From a virus (Duplodnaviria > Heunggongvirae > Uroviricota > Caudoviricetes): a DNA stretch of 64,000 bases. Below, one piece after another: positions 6,641-15,091 of this stretch. The stretch covers positions 167,942 to 231,941 of IMG/VR virus record IMGVR_UViG_3300021255_000114; one strand, given 5' to 3'. Each line of letters begins with the position of its first letter. Position 1 is the first letter of the stretch. The position numbers and the translations under genes were made by a program. The notes under the pieces are model-generated. The model searched no databases and was not told where the DNA came from. It was given only the letters and a program-made list of their open reading frames with translations.

Positions 6641-6717
6641 CGGGCTGTATCTCCTCTCCCTGATAAGGAGTAGAAAGAGTAGTTGGTTACACGTTGGTTC
6701 GACTCCAACCAGCCCGA
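6641..6717 (+). tRNA. tRNA-Ile(GAT)-like, D arm absent/relocated
   Basis: Acceptor CGGGCTG/CAGCCCG; CTCC-CTGATAA-GGAG; AGTTGGTT loop 3' of anticodon arm. Confidence 0.82.
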
Positions 6718-6794
6718 CATTTTTAACTTCAAGTTTATTAAATATATAAATTTGATTTAGTTGTTGCTTTAAGTTATATTTATATAATAAAGCA

Positions 6795-7484
6795 ATGATT
6801 ATGGATAACAAAGAATATTTGAACAAAAGAAATTACACTAATTTTAAGAACGCAAGAAAACGTTTAAAAGAAAGACTTGTTGAATATAAGGGAGGAAAAT
6901 GTGAAATTTGTGGATATAATAGATGTATTAGCGCTCTTGAGTTCCATCATCTTGATCCTTCCCAGAAAGATTTTGCAATTTGTAGCGGTGATGTTAAATC
7001 GTATGAAACGATGCGAAAAGAGGTGGATAAATGTATTTTAGTTTGTGCTAATTGTCATAGAGAAATACATGAAAAAGAACATAAAGAAATTGATAGGAAG
7101 TATCTTGAAGAGGAGAAACGGATATTGGCAGATATAATGGTTCAAAGAGAAAACGGAAAACATTGTAAGATTAAGAATTCCTATGAAATATTAAAGTATA
7201 CAGACGTTTTTAAAGATATTGAGAACGGTATGCCAAGAGAAGAAATTTTTAAAAAGTATCACATAAACAACAAAACGTTTAACAAGTTTCTTAAAGAAAA
7301 CAACATCAATTATTTTAACGCCAACCGAGCGTTAATAAAACCAACTAAAGAAGAACTTGAGAAACTTTTAAAAACGAATTCTAAAACAAGTATTGGTCGT
7401 ATTTTTGGTGTTTCTTGTGGTGCTGTTATAAAATGGTGTAAAAAATATGAAATACCATTAAAAGAAGATAAGGAAAAAGAATAA
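6795..7484 (+). CDS. HNH homing endonuclease
   Basis: CEICG...LEFHHLDP...VCANCHREIH; C-terminal HTH. Confidence 0.88.
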   Translation: MIMDNKEYLNKRNYTNFKNARKRLKERLVEYKGGKCEICGYNRCISALEFHHLDPSQKDFAICSGDVKSYETMRKEVDKCILVCANCHREIHEKEHKEIDRKYLEEEKRILADIMVQRENGKHCKIKNSYEILKYTDVFKDIENGMPREEIFKKYHINNKTFNKFLKENNINYFNANRALIKPTKEELEKLLKTNSKTSIGRIFGVSCGAVIKWCKKYEIPLKEDKEKE

Positions 7485-7519
7485 TGTAGAAATCGGTGGT
7501 TCAAATCCACCCAAGCCGA
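7485..7519 (+). pseudogene. Orphan tRNA 3' half (Ile-like)
   Basis: GGTGG-TTCAAAT-CCACC-CAAGCCG-A with no matching 5' half seen. Confidence 0.75.
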
Positions 7520-7540
7520 CAGAAATAAATTTTAAACAAA

Positions 7541-8467
7541 ATGGAACATCATTTAGGCAAAAAAATATTAGGTGTTGATGAAATAAGGCTAAAACTCCAT
7601 AACGAATATATTTGCGAGAAATGGTCGAGGAGTGATGAAATTGATGATGCTGTGTTGAAGATTTATAAGTGCATTGAAAATACGATAGGAGAATCCTCGG
7701 TGAATTCGATAAACACTGGTTTGGATTTATATGTCGGAAACTGCGAATGTAGTTTATTTGGTGAGAATGTACTGATAGAATATTATGTATATAACGCCGA
7801 TTCAGATGAAATCATCCAAGAGGTTATTGATGGGGCTTATAGCCGGAATGGTTACGACGAAGCAACCAAGGAGTTTATTATAACGATATATCTCGTAAAC
7901 GGGGAGGTTATTGAGCCTATTTCCACGAAAAACCTTTCGCATGAAGTTGAACATATGCTTCAAATACAATATGCAAAAAAAAGCAATAAAAACTACAAAC
8001 AATTAAATGGTTCGGAATATCAATATGCATCCGAGGTTTTGGACGATGAAGCATCATCTCAAATAGCCAAAAAAATTGCGTGGTTGTTCTATTATTCGAA
8101 CAGGCATGAGCAGGATGCATTGATGAATGAGTATTACGAAGATTTAAGGAATAACCGTCAATTCATAATAGATAAGAATTCCGAAATGCACACTAAGCTT
8201 TTTTCTTATGAACATTTGGCTGAATGGGCTAAATTTTGCAATACAGAAGAGTTTGTAAATGAATTGGCCAAATATAAGGAGTTCGGCTATAATAGGAATG
8301 CATTTTTGCTTATGATTGAGAAAGGCATCAAACGATTCAAGAAAAAAATGAAAAATGTTGAAAAACATTTTGAGAACCGAGTGGCATACCTGAATGAACA
8401 AAAACGTCATTATACCGAGAAAGCGATCGGTAGAATGAGAAGGATTGAAATACCATTAAAAAATTAG
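7541..8467 (+). CDS. Hypothetical protein with HEXXH motif
   Basis: SHEVEH; 308-aa open frame. Confidence 0.55.
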   Translation: MEHHLGKKILGVDEIRLKLHNEYICEKWSRSDEIDDAVLKIYKCIENTIGESSVNSINTGLDLYVGNCECSLFGENVLIEYYVYNADSDEIIQEVIDGAYSRNGYDEATKEFIITIYLVNGEVIEPISTKNLSHEVEHMLQIQYAKKSNKNYKQLNGSEYQYASEVLDDEASSQIAKKIAWLFYYSNRHEQDALMNEYYEDLRNNRQFIIDKNSEMHTKLFSYEHLAEWAKFCNTEEFVNELAKYKEFGYNRNAFLLMIEKGIKRFKKKMKNVEKHFENRVAYLNEQKRHYTEKAIGRMRRIEIPLKN

Positions 8468-8473
8468 AAGTAA

Positions 8474-8606
8474 TAAACGTCAGACGCTAAGTACCGAGGA
8501 GCGACGGAGTGGTTAAACGTCAGACCTAATCGGTAAGATCCCGAGCGAATAGATGGATAGGATTAAGACCACAATCAAGAAAAGACGTTAAGTCTGCGCC
8601 GCGTCA
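8474..8606 (+). ncRNA. Candidate RNA with D-arm-like hairpin, no T arm
   Basis: GACG-GAGTGGTTAAA-CGTC; CAGAC/GTCTG; outer GACGC/GCGTC; repeat TAAACGTCAGAC. Confidence 0.45.
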
Positions 8607-8625
8607 AATTATTATTTCTATGTAT

Positions 8626-8699
8626 TGTCCTGTAGTTCAGTTGGTTAGAACGTCACCCTTTGGAGGTGAATGTCGGCTGTTCGAATCAGCCCGGGACAA
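8626..8699 (+). tRNA. tRNA-Gln(TTG)
   Basis: Full cloverleaf, loop CT-TTG-GA. Confidence 0.95.
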
Positions 8700-8815
8700 C
8701 CCGGTTTAACAACGTTCAATTGCCGGAGCTTCGCCTATAGAAGAAGGAAATATAGGTAGTTACACACTTATAGGTAAAGTGGCGTTGAATCCTCAAACGA
8801 AATTGGGGATTATTT

Positions 8816-8890
8816 GTCTGCGTAGCTCAGTTGGTTTAGAGCATCTGACTTACATTCAGAAGGCCGCAGGATCGTGCCCTGCCGTGGACA
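8816..8890 (+). tRNA. tRNA-Val(TAC), T loop ATCGTGC
   Basis: Cloverleaf, loop CT-TAC-AT. Confidence 0.93.
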
Positions 8891-8891
8891 C

Positions 8892-9050
8892 TACCGTTTC
8901 GGACGTGGCCGAAAGCCGTAAAAAACGAGGTAAAGTGTGGTATAAGCCGAAGATATGACCACAACGGTTGGTGGATAAACCGCAAAAGATAGGAACCCAC
9001 CCGTGGGTGCTTGTACGGAGCCTTTGCATACGTTAAACTAAATCCGTATC
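8892..9050 (+). ncRNA. Candidate structured ncRNA
   Basis: ACCGTT/AACGGT, TGTGGT/ACCACA, GGC-CGAAA-GCC, ACCCAC/GTGGGT. Confidence 0.4.
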
Positions 9051-9054
9051 ATAT

Positions 9055-9131
9055 GGTAAGTGTGGCCAAGATGGTTAAGGCACCGGATTGTGGATCCGGA
9101 AATTACGTCGGTTCGATCCCGACCACTTACC
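9055..9131 (+). tRNA. tRNA-His(GTG)
   Basis: G-1:C73, loop TT-GTG-GA. Confidence 0.96.
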
Positions 9132-9141
9132 CAAAAAAATA

Positions 9142-9301
9142 GCGGCGTGGCCGGTCCGTATCGGAGCGGTGTGTGCAAAGGTTTTAAGCCCTGAGGATGG
9201 CGTACGAATTCTCAAAACAACCGGGAATTGCAAGGCACAAGGAACGAATAAAGTTGGCATACAGCGTGCAGAACCGGGTTCAACTCCCGACGTCCGCCGC
9301 C
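9142..9301 (+). ncRNA. Expanded tRNA-like RNA (160 nt)
   Basis: GCGGCG/CGCCGC terminal stem; CGGG-TTCAACT-CCCG T arm; large centre without clear anticodon arm. Confidence 0.55.
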
Positions 9302-9383
9302 AAATAACTATTTATTTTTTAAGAGAGAATATTATGGAAAGAACTTCTAATTCGGGCTATGTCTAAGATAAAACTTAGACAAT

Positions 9384-10154
9384 ATGTATATCAAAGATTT
9401 AGAAAAAGCAGAAACGCTCCCTTACAGGTTGAGCATCAGGAAAAGTTCCGATTATGACAGTTGGGACTCTTATCATGTTTGTGGTCGTGGTTATTATACG
9501 TGGTTTCAACGTTTTTTGGAGAAACACACCGATGAACCATTTGACAAGGTTTTTTCCTTGTTGAAGGAAAGGCTGAAAAAGAAGAGGGTTAATCCGGAAG
9601 ATTCAGAGGGATTGATTCGTTATTTTCTTGATGAGGTGCTTTATAGTCAAAAATACCATTGGTATCGCTATTACGTGGATGACAATGGAATAATCAGGTA
9701 CATTCCTCGTGATAGGAAAAATCGTGACAAGATTCTTAAATTCGGAGAACCGGTTATTAGGTATTTTTTCAAGGAAGACTGCAAGAACTTTATTCCTGTT
9801 CTTATTGCCTTATATGGCTATGAATGGACTTATCGTGCCTTGGAGCAAGGCATTAGTTTAAACGAATACTGTTCCAAAAACAATTATCCATGGAAATTCA
9901 ATGAGGCTTGTATGCGTCGCGGTTGCAAACCATTGGATTGGGGTGGTGATTATTGGTATGACCTATGGAGGAGAATCGAGGAATACCCTTATGTCGAACG
10001 TTTGGATTATCACTCGCCTGAATGGTGGAAATACCATTATGAAGTTGTTGATGCGCAGAGGAAACACGACAGGGAAAGAAAACGTGAAAAGATTGATAAA
10101 TTCAATCAGTGCGAATCATGCCAAGAGGGGCGTAAGCCGATATTAATCGGGTGA
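9384..10154 (+). CDS. Hypothetical protein
   Basis: 256-aa open frame. Confidence 0.7.
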   Translation: MYIKDLEKAETLPYRLSIRKSSDYDSWDSYHVCGRGYYTWFQRFLEKHTDEPFDKVFSLLKERLKKKRVNPEDSEGLIRYFLDEVLYSQKYHWYRYYVDDNGIIRYIPRDRKNRDKILKFGEPVIRYFFKEDCKNFIPVLIALYGYEWTYRALEQGISLNEYCSKNNYPWKFNEACMRRGCKPLDWGGDYWYDLWRRIEEYPYVERLDYHSPEWWKYHYEVVDAQRKHDRERKREKIDKFNQCESCQEGRKPILIG

Positions 10155-10158
10155 TTCA

Positions 10159-10230
10159 GACCGGGTAGCCAAGATGGTAAGGCTCGAGTCTGCAAAACTC
10201 GGAGCGCGGGTTCGATCCCCGCCCCGGTCA
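10159..10230 (+). tRNA. tRNA-Cys(GCA)
   Basis: Cloverleaf, loop CT-GCA-AA; A73 instead of usual U73. Confidence 0.93.
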
Positions 10231-10291
10231 CAATTGTAAAAAATCTACCTGCTATCCAATATGGATAATTTTTAACGTTATTTAACGTTTC

Positions 10292-10317
10292 AGCCGTGCG
10301 AAATGTACGGCTTTTTT
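10292..10317 (+). terminator. Intrinsic terminator ending RNA island
   Basis: AGCCGT/ACGGCT hairpin plus T run. Confidence 0.7.
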
Positions 10318-10319
10318 AG

Positions 10320-10327
10320 TATCTTTG
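10320..10327 (+). promoter_or_regulatory. Bacteroidetes sigma-A -7 element TATCTTTG
   Basis: TAnnTTTG consensus; recurs at 13051, 17836, 20180, 26501, 29501, 37948, 40479, 45257, 49620. Confidence 0.8.
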
Positions 10328-10334
10328 CAATGTT

Positions 10335-11057
10335 ATGAATGAATTTGAAAAGATGTTGAAAGATTACCTGGTAGGTTATTGCAGGGGATCGAAGGTGTAT
10401 GGTACATATATTGAAGGTGTTTCCGACGAAGATTACCTTTATATTGTTCCGGATTGTTACGACGAATTTCTTTCACAGTTTCCTAAAGGAATCGGCCAAT
10501 ATACCAAAGTAGACAATACAAGGCATTATTGTACTAATGATTTGGATGGGGAAATGCGGATTGAAGGCAAAATGCCCGATATATCATGTGATTATGAATT
10601 TGTAACCGAATCAACCTTCCTGAAAATGATTGACGCCAATGATATTGTAGCGTTGGAGGCAATATTTGTTCCAAATGGATGGTGGTACGGTTTGACGGAG
10701 AAACATTTCGAATACTGTAATAGATTTAAGTTGGATTTATGGAAATTGCGTGAGAATGTTTCCGCCATATGTTCAAACAGTTGGGTCAAATGCAAGAAAA
10801 AACTAACTGTTGAGAAGGATTATAATCTTCGTGTCGCACAGAAATCGTTGTTCCATAGTCTGAGAATATATATGTTCGGAATACAGATAGCCGAGAATGG
10901 AAGAATCGTTGATTTCGGATGTGCAAGGGATTTGTGGCATAATATATACAAAGTGGAGAATCCTCAATGGGAATACTATAAGGCAGCATATCAGAAGAAA
11001 TTCAACGAGTTAAGAAGTAACTTGGTGAAACTTTGCCCAAGGCCAGAAGAAAAATAA
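10335..11057 (+). CDS. Pol-beta-superfamily nucleotidyltransferase (RlaP-like)
   Basis: GSKVYGT...SDEDY motif. Confidence 0.75.
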   Translation: MNEFEKMLKDYLVGYCRGSKVYGTYIEGVSDEDYLYIVPDCYDEFLSQFPKGIGQYTKVDNTRHYCTNDLDGEMRIEGKMPDISCDYEFVTESTFLKMIDANDIVALEAIFVPNGWWYGLTEKHFEYCNRFKLDLWKLRENVSAICSNSWVKCKKKLTVEKDYNLRVAQKSLFHSLRIYMFGIQIAENGRIVDFGCARDLWHNIYKVENPQWEYYKAAYQKKFNELRSNLVKLCPRPEEK

Positions 11058-11329
11058 AGAAAATGCTTATTTATTTTTGGAAAATAATGAATAAAAGTAG
11101 TATATTTACATTGTTGGTGATAGTGATTGGAACACTGTTATGTGTGTTCATTTCATTTAAGGCAATGTTCCTTTATTTCGGGATATTCTGTGCATTGATG
11201 TTTTTCAACATAACGTTATCAACTATGACGAATGTTTTGAGCGGTGCGGCAGTGGAGAGGAATGACACATTTTGGAGAATTGTGATGATAGTGCTTGCGT
11301 CGCTGTTCATTGGATTGACGATGATATAG
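11033..11329 (+). CDS. Small membrane protein
   Basis: Three hydrophobic segments; start uncertain. Confidence 0.6.
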   Translation: MPKARRKIKKMLIYFWKIMNKSSIFTLLVIVIGTLLCVFISFKAMFLYFGIFCALMFFNITLSTMTNVLSGAAVERNDTFWRIVMIVLASLFIGLTMI

Positions 11330-11355
11330 GAAAATAATTTATAAAACACAATAAA

Positions 11356-11583
11356 ATGGCTGAAAAGAAAAACAAGAAAAACGAAGTAATTGATTCAATT
11401 CCCTTGACACCGGATATCGAACAGTCGATTGACATCCTTATCCAATGTGCCAATATCGCTCAGAAGGGTGGACTGCTTTCATTGCAGGATGCAACCTATG
11501 CAAACCAGGCGGTGAATATGCTTGCGCAGTACTTACCAAAACCGCAGGTTGAGGAAAATAACGAAGAAAAAGAAAGTAAGTAA
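11356..11583 (+). CDS. Hypothetical protein, paralog of next gene
   Basis: SIDILIQ...SLQDAT..NQAVN. Confidence 0.7.
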   Translation: MAEKKNKKNEVIDSIPLTPDIEQSIDILIQCANIAQKGGLLSLQDATYANQAVNMLAQYLPKPQVEENNEEKESK

Positions 11584-11846
11584 TGGCCGGCAAGAAACAT
11601 ACAATTCCAGAAGGTGCCACGGTTTATCCATGTGTTACGCCGGAAGAGGCTGAAAAACTTAAAAAGGAAGTAGGTGAAAAAACGTCTAAAGAGCCCGAGG
11701 TCTATGTAACATATGAGATGAGGCAAAGCATAGACGTATTGATACAGGGTGTTGAAATGGGGCAGAGATCTGGAATATATTCTTTCCAAGACTCAACACT
11801 GATCGGACAGGCTATCAACGTTCTTAACGATTATCGAATTAAATAA
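11583..11846 (+). CDS. Hypothetical protein, paralog of previous gene
   Basis: SIDVLIQ...SFQDST..GQAIN. Confidence 0.7.
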   Translation: MAGKKHTIPEGATVYPCVTPEEAEKLKKEVGEKTSKEPEVYVTYEMRQSIDVLIQGVEMGQRSGIYSFQDSTLIGQAINVLNDYRIK

Positions 11847-11867
11847 TTCAAGAAAAACAGGAATAAA

Positions 11868-12140
11868 TTGATGGAACCAAACCAAATCGACACATGTAAT
11901 GTCAGTTCGAATGTCTTGAATAATGTGTCCCTCATAGAAAATGCTGATGCGTCATTGAGTTGCGCAAGTGAGTATTGTATTGAAACACCTTATTACTACT
12001 CGTCAGCACCGATTGTTTCGCTTACTGGTACTATATATAACACTACACCATTTTCTTTTGATTTCTCATCTATTGTTTATGATGATTGTTTCAGGCTAAA
12101 AAGCAACAGAAAACGCTTAAATTTGAAATTTTGCCTATGA
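11868..12140 (+). CDS. Hypothetical protein
   Basis: C-terminal LKSNRKR motif shared with next gene. Confidence 0.6.
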   Translation: MMEPNQIDTCNVSSNVLNNVSLIENADASLSCASEYCIETPYYYSSAPIVSLTGTIYNTTPFSFDFSSIVYDDCFRLKSNRKRLNLKFCL

Positions 12141-12493
12141 GTTATTTGAAATCTGGCATAAGCGGAATAGCATACCCTATGAATACTGTAAGTGATCCCA
12201 TGCGATATTGGATGGATCAAGTGAAAGAAAGTAAATCTCAAGTAGGTCAAATATCCCACCCTGACCGTAACAAAGAATTAATTGATGAATGTAGAAATTT
12301 TCAAATGGGGACGAAGTTTAAAGTGATATTTAATAACAATTCCAAATTTGGTTTAGAAGCTCCCATAGGTAAAATATTTTATATGGATTTTGTCTATGAT
12401 GATGGGCAAGCGCATTTGAAAAGTAACCGCAAACGAATAACATTACAATTTAATTGGATGGAGGAAGTTAATTATGGAACCTGTATCGATTGA
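12137..12493 (+). CDS. Hypothetical protein
   Basis: ATGA overlap; LKSNRKR motif. Confidence 0.6.
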   Translation: MSYLKSGISGIAYPMNTVSDPMRYWMDQVKESKSQVGQISHPDRNKELIDECRNFQMGTKFKVIFNNNSKFGLEAPIGKIFYMDFVYDDGQAHLKSNRKRITLQFNWMEEVNYGTCID

Positions 12494-12678
12494 TAAATGT
12501 TGTACAATAGGATGGTACGGAGGATTACCCGTTTTGAAACCGGAAAATTTCTCTTTTCGCTTCGAAGATGTATGGAGTGATATCAGTGATGACGGGCTTG
12601 TTTTGGTAAGTCGCAGAAAAAGGCCGAAACTAATTTTTAATGTATAAGAAATAATTGTTTAACTAAAATAGAAAAAAC

Positions 12679-12993
12679 ATGAAACGTTTAGAAGCAAACA
12701 TGCGCAAGAAGTGTGAGACTGCAAAGATCAGCCTCAGAATTGAAATGGTGGAGAGTGCCCTTGAGACCGCAAGGTTGAAGAGCCGTGAGAAACTCATCGA
12801 TGCCGATGCAAAGTTGCAGAAGGCCATGGAAGATCTCTCAGAGAGCACGAACATCACCGGCATTCTCAACAACATGGTGTCGTACTTCAATGACAAGAAA
12901 GATGCCGAGGCCGAGCTTGAGTTGGCAAAGGAACTTGAGGCTTATCTCAATGAGGAAGTCGAAATTGATCCTGAGACCGATAATTGCAAATAA
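12679..12993 (+). CDS. Coiled-coil hypothetical protein
   Basis: Open frame, strongly biased codons. Confidence 0.7.
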   Translation: MKRLEANMRKKCETAKISLRIEMVESALETARLKSREKLIDADAKLQKAMEDLSESTNITGILNNMVSYFNDKKDAEAELELAKELEAYLNEEVEIDPETDNCK

Positions 12994-13085
12994 AATTCTG
13001 CTTTAACGCTTTTTAAGAACCCGGTGTTTATTTCATTGGGTTCTTTTTGGTATCTTTGTGCTGTTGAAATTAAACAGAAATACAT

Positions 13086-13670
13086 ATGAGTACATTTAAA
13101 ACAAGGAAGGAAAAACGCATTGAACGTACATGGAAATTTATCGGTTTTCTGTTAGTCTTGGCAGGTCTTGCATTCGTTACGCACAAGTTTATTGGTTTTG
13201 ACCGTGTATTCGGCGCGTACAATAATGATACTATTCCTGATAAACTTGACACCGTATCCGATACGGTTTACCTGAAAGACGACATTATCCGTGATTCAAT
13301 CCAACTCGAATTTAAAGATGGCCATCATTATTTAACCATTATGGTTGGTGGCTTGAAACTCAAAGGCATGTTCGATTCTGGTTGTACGAGTGGCATATCC
13401 GGCGGTTCCATTGAATATTTGTTCCTATCAAGGCACGGCTATATCAAACCCGTCGGTGGCCACCAGGCCATTATAGCAAACGGGGACACAATCGATGCGG
13501 TTTCGTGTATGGCTTATAATGTTGAACTGGGTAATATAAAATTTGACAGCATCGAATGCTCGTTCAGCAACCATGAGAATGCGCCCGTGCTTATCGGCCA
13601 AGGGATAATATCCAAACTCGGAAAACAATACATAGACTACAACACCAACAAATTATATATACTCAAATAA
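13086..13670 (+). CDS. Membrane-anchored retropepsin-like aspartyl protease
   Basis: N-terminal TM; FDSGCT catalytic motif; LIGQ. Confidence 0.8.
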   Translation: MSTFKTRKEKRIERTWKFIGFLLVLAGLAFVTHKFIGFDRVFGAYNNDTIPDKLDTVSDTVYLKDDIIRDSIQLEFKDGHHYLTIMVGGLKLKGMFDSGCTSGISGGSIEYLFLSRHGYIKPVGGHQAIIANGDTIDAVSCMAYNVELGNIKFDSIECSFSNHENAPVLIGQGIISKLGKQYIDYNTNKLYILK

Positions 13671-13903
13671 TGACAAAAGACACTTTTTTAAGAAATTTCA
13701 AGATAGTTATTGAACCGGCTATTGAGAGGATTGAAATACCCTTGTCGTCGTTCGCCCCTTTTGTTGAAGCCGTTCGTGATGTGGCCGACGACTATGACAT
13801 CCACACCGAGGAAGTGGAGCAGTTCATAGAACGGCATCGTGAGGAATTCGAAGGTTTGATTGGGCAAAAAGTTTCTTTAGAGTCAAAACTTGGGTGGTCA
13901 TGA
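13670..13903 (+). CDS. Hypothetical protein
   Basis: Coupled open frame. Confidence 0.6.
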   Translation: MTKDTFLRNFKIVIEPAIERIEIPLSSFAPFVEAVRDVADDYDIHTEEVEQFIERHREEFEGLIGQKVSLESKLGWS

Positions 13904-14331
13904 GAATATATCTTGCAGCATCGTTATCACAGGATAAACGAGAAACAACGGAAAAAGTAAGACAAATACTTTTGAAAAAAGGATTTGATGTCTATAACCC
14001 TGTGGACAATTTTATCCCAAATGCATGGGATTACCCAAATACGGAATGGGGATTGATGGTTTTCACAAACGATATGACAGCCATCAACAACTCGGATATT
14101 GTGGTTGCTGTTTCCTACGGTAGGATTAATGACACCGGCGGAACATGCTGGGAAATCGGATATGCTTTTGGAATCGGAAAGAAGGTAATAGTGGTAGAAA
14201 TGGATCAATCTGTTCCCATCAGCTTGATGATTGCCAATGGAAGTTATGCGAGAGTAAGTGGTTTGAGCGGCATCGAGGAATACGACTTTAGCACAATGCC
14301 AAGAAGTAGAACAAACACAGAACAGAAATAG
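13900..14331 (+). CDS. Nucleoside 2-deoxyribosyltransferase family
   Basis: IYLAAS...SDIVVA...GTCWEIGYAFG. Confidence 0.85.
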   Translation: MRIYLAASLSQDKRETTEKVRQILLKKGFDVYNPVDNFIPNAWDYPNTEWGLMVFTNDMTAINNSDIVVAVSYGRINDTGGTCWEIGYAFGIGKKVIVVEMDQSVPISLMIANGSYARVSGLSGIEEYDFSTMPRSRTNTEQK

Positions 14332-14377
14332 TTATGGCAAAGGAAGATAAAGATTGCTAAACTTAATTTGAAATAAA

Positions 14378-15091
14378 ATGAAAAAATCAGAACAAAGGGC
14401 TTTTGAAGAGTTTCCTGAACCCAGCGAAATCAGAACAGGGGTGGTTACCGATGAAGAGAGTTTGAGACAGGCTTACATATACGGATATGAACAGGCTGAA
14501 AAAGATAAGAATGAGGAAATCTATAACGACAAAACTGTACTTCCGAAGGCTGAGGCCGTGAAATTTGCTTTTGATTTGTTTGACCAGTTTGCCAAGGAAC
14601 TTATCACGGCATTGGGTAATACAGCCAAAAATAAGAAAGACGCTGCGCGTAATATTGAATTAAATGCAGATTTAGGCGGTACTTGGAATAGCGAGAAAAT
14701 GATGCAGGTCAGAAATCTTGAATATGAGGGTGATGTGTTTAATGAAATCAAGGACAGAATTCACAAAGAGTATGCATTGATAATGCAGCCTATTGAATAT
14801 AACTGGCCTATTGACGAAATTTATCGGAAAATAAAAATTTCCAAAAACATTGATGTTGACACACTTCTTAATGAGGATAAATACATAGGCAGGGGTAACT
14901 ACGAAAAACTACGGTCGTTTAAGGTGAAATTGGCTAATATGCTTGAACATTACGCTTGCACGTCATTTGATTTGGGTTATAAACTAAGTGAAATGGAAAA
15001 TAAAGATGAAGACATACGTAATTTTGACGAGCTGGTGGTTTGGGAACTTAACAAAATCGCAAAACCTTGCAGGGAGGATATTGAACTATGA
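14378..15091 (+). CDS. Hypothetical protein
   Basis: 237-aa open frame. Confidence 0.65.
   Translation: MKKSEQRAFEEFPEPSEIRTGVVTDEESLRQAYIYGYEQAEKDKNEEIYNDKTVLPKAEAVKFAFDLFDQFAKELITALGNTAKNKKDAARNIELNADLGGTWNSEKMMQVRNLEYEGDVFNEIKDRIHKEYALIMQPIEYNWPIDEIYRKIKISKNIDVDTLLNEDKYIGRGNYEKLRSFKVKLANMLEHYACTSFDLGYKLSEMENKDEDIRNFDELVVWELNKIAKPCREDIEL

Noticed and set aside
2700-6720. Short ORFs in the track across the RNA island
   Set aside because: They overlap tRNA, tmRNA and intron sequence; spurious
8892-9050. Group II intron domain V (AGCCGTA...CTTGTACGG)
   Set aside because: The two halves are ~90 nt apart rather than one 34-nt hairpin; no interrupted gene
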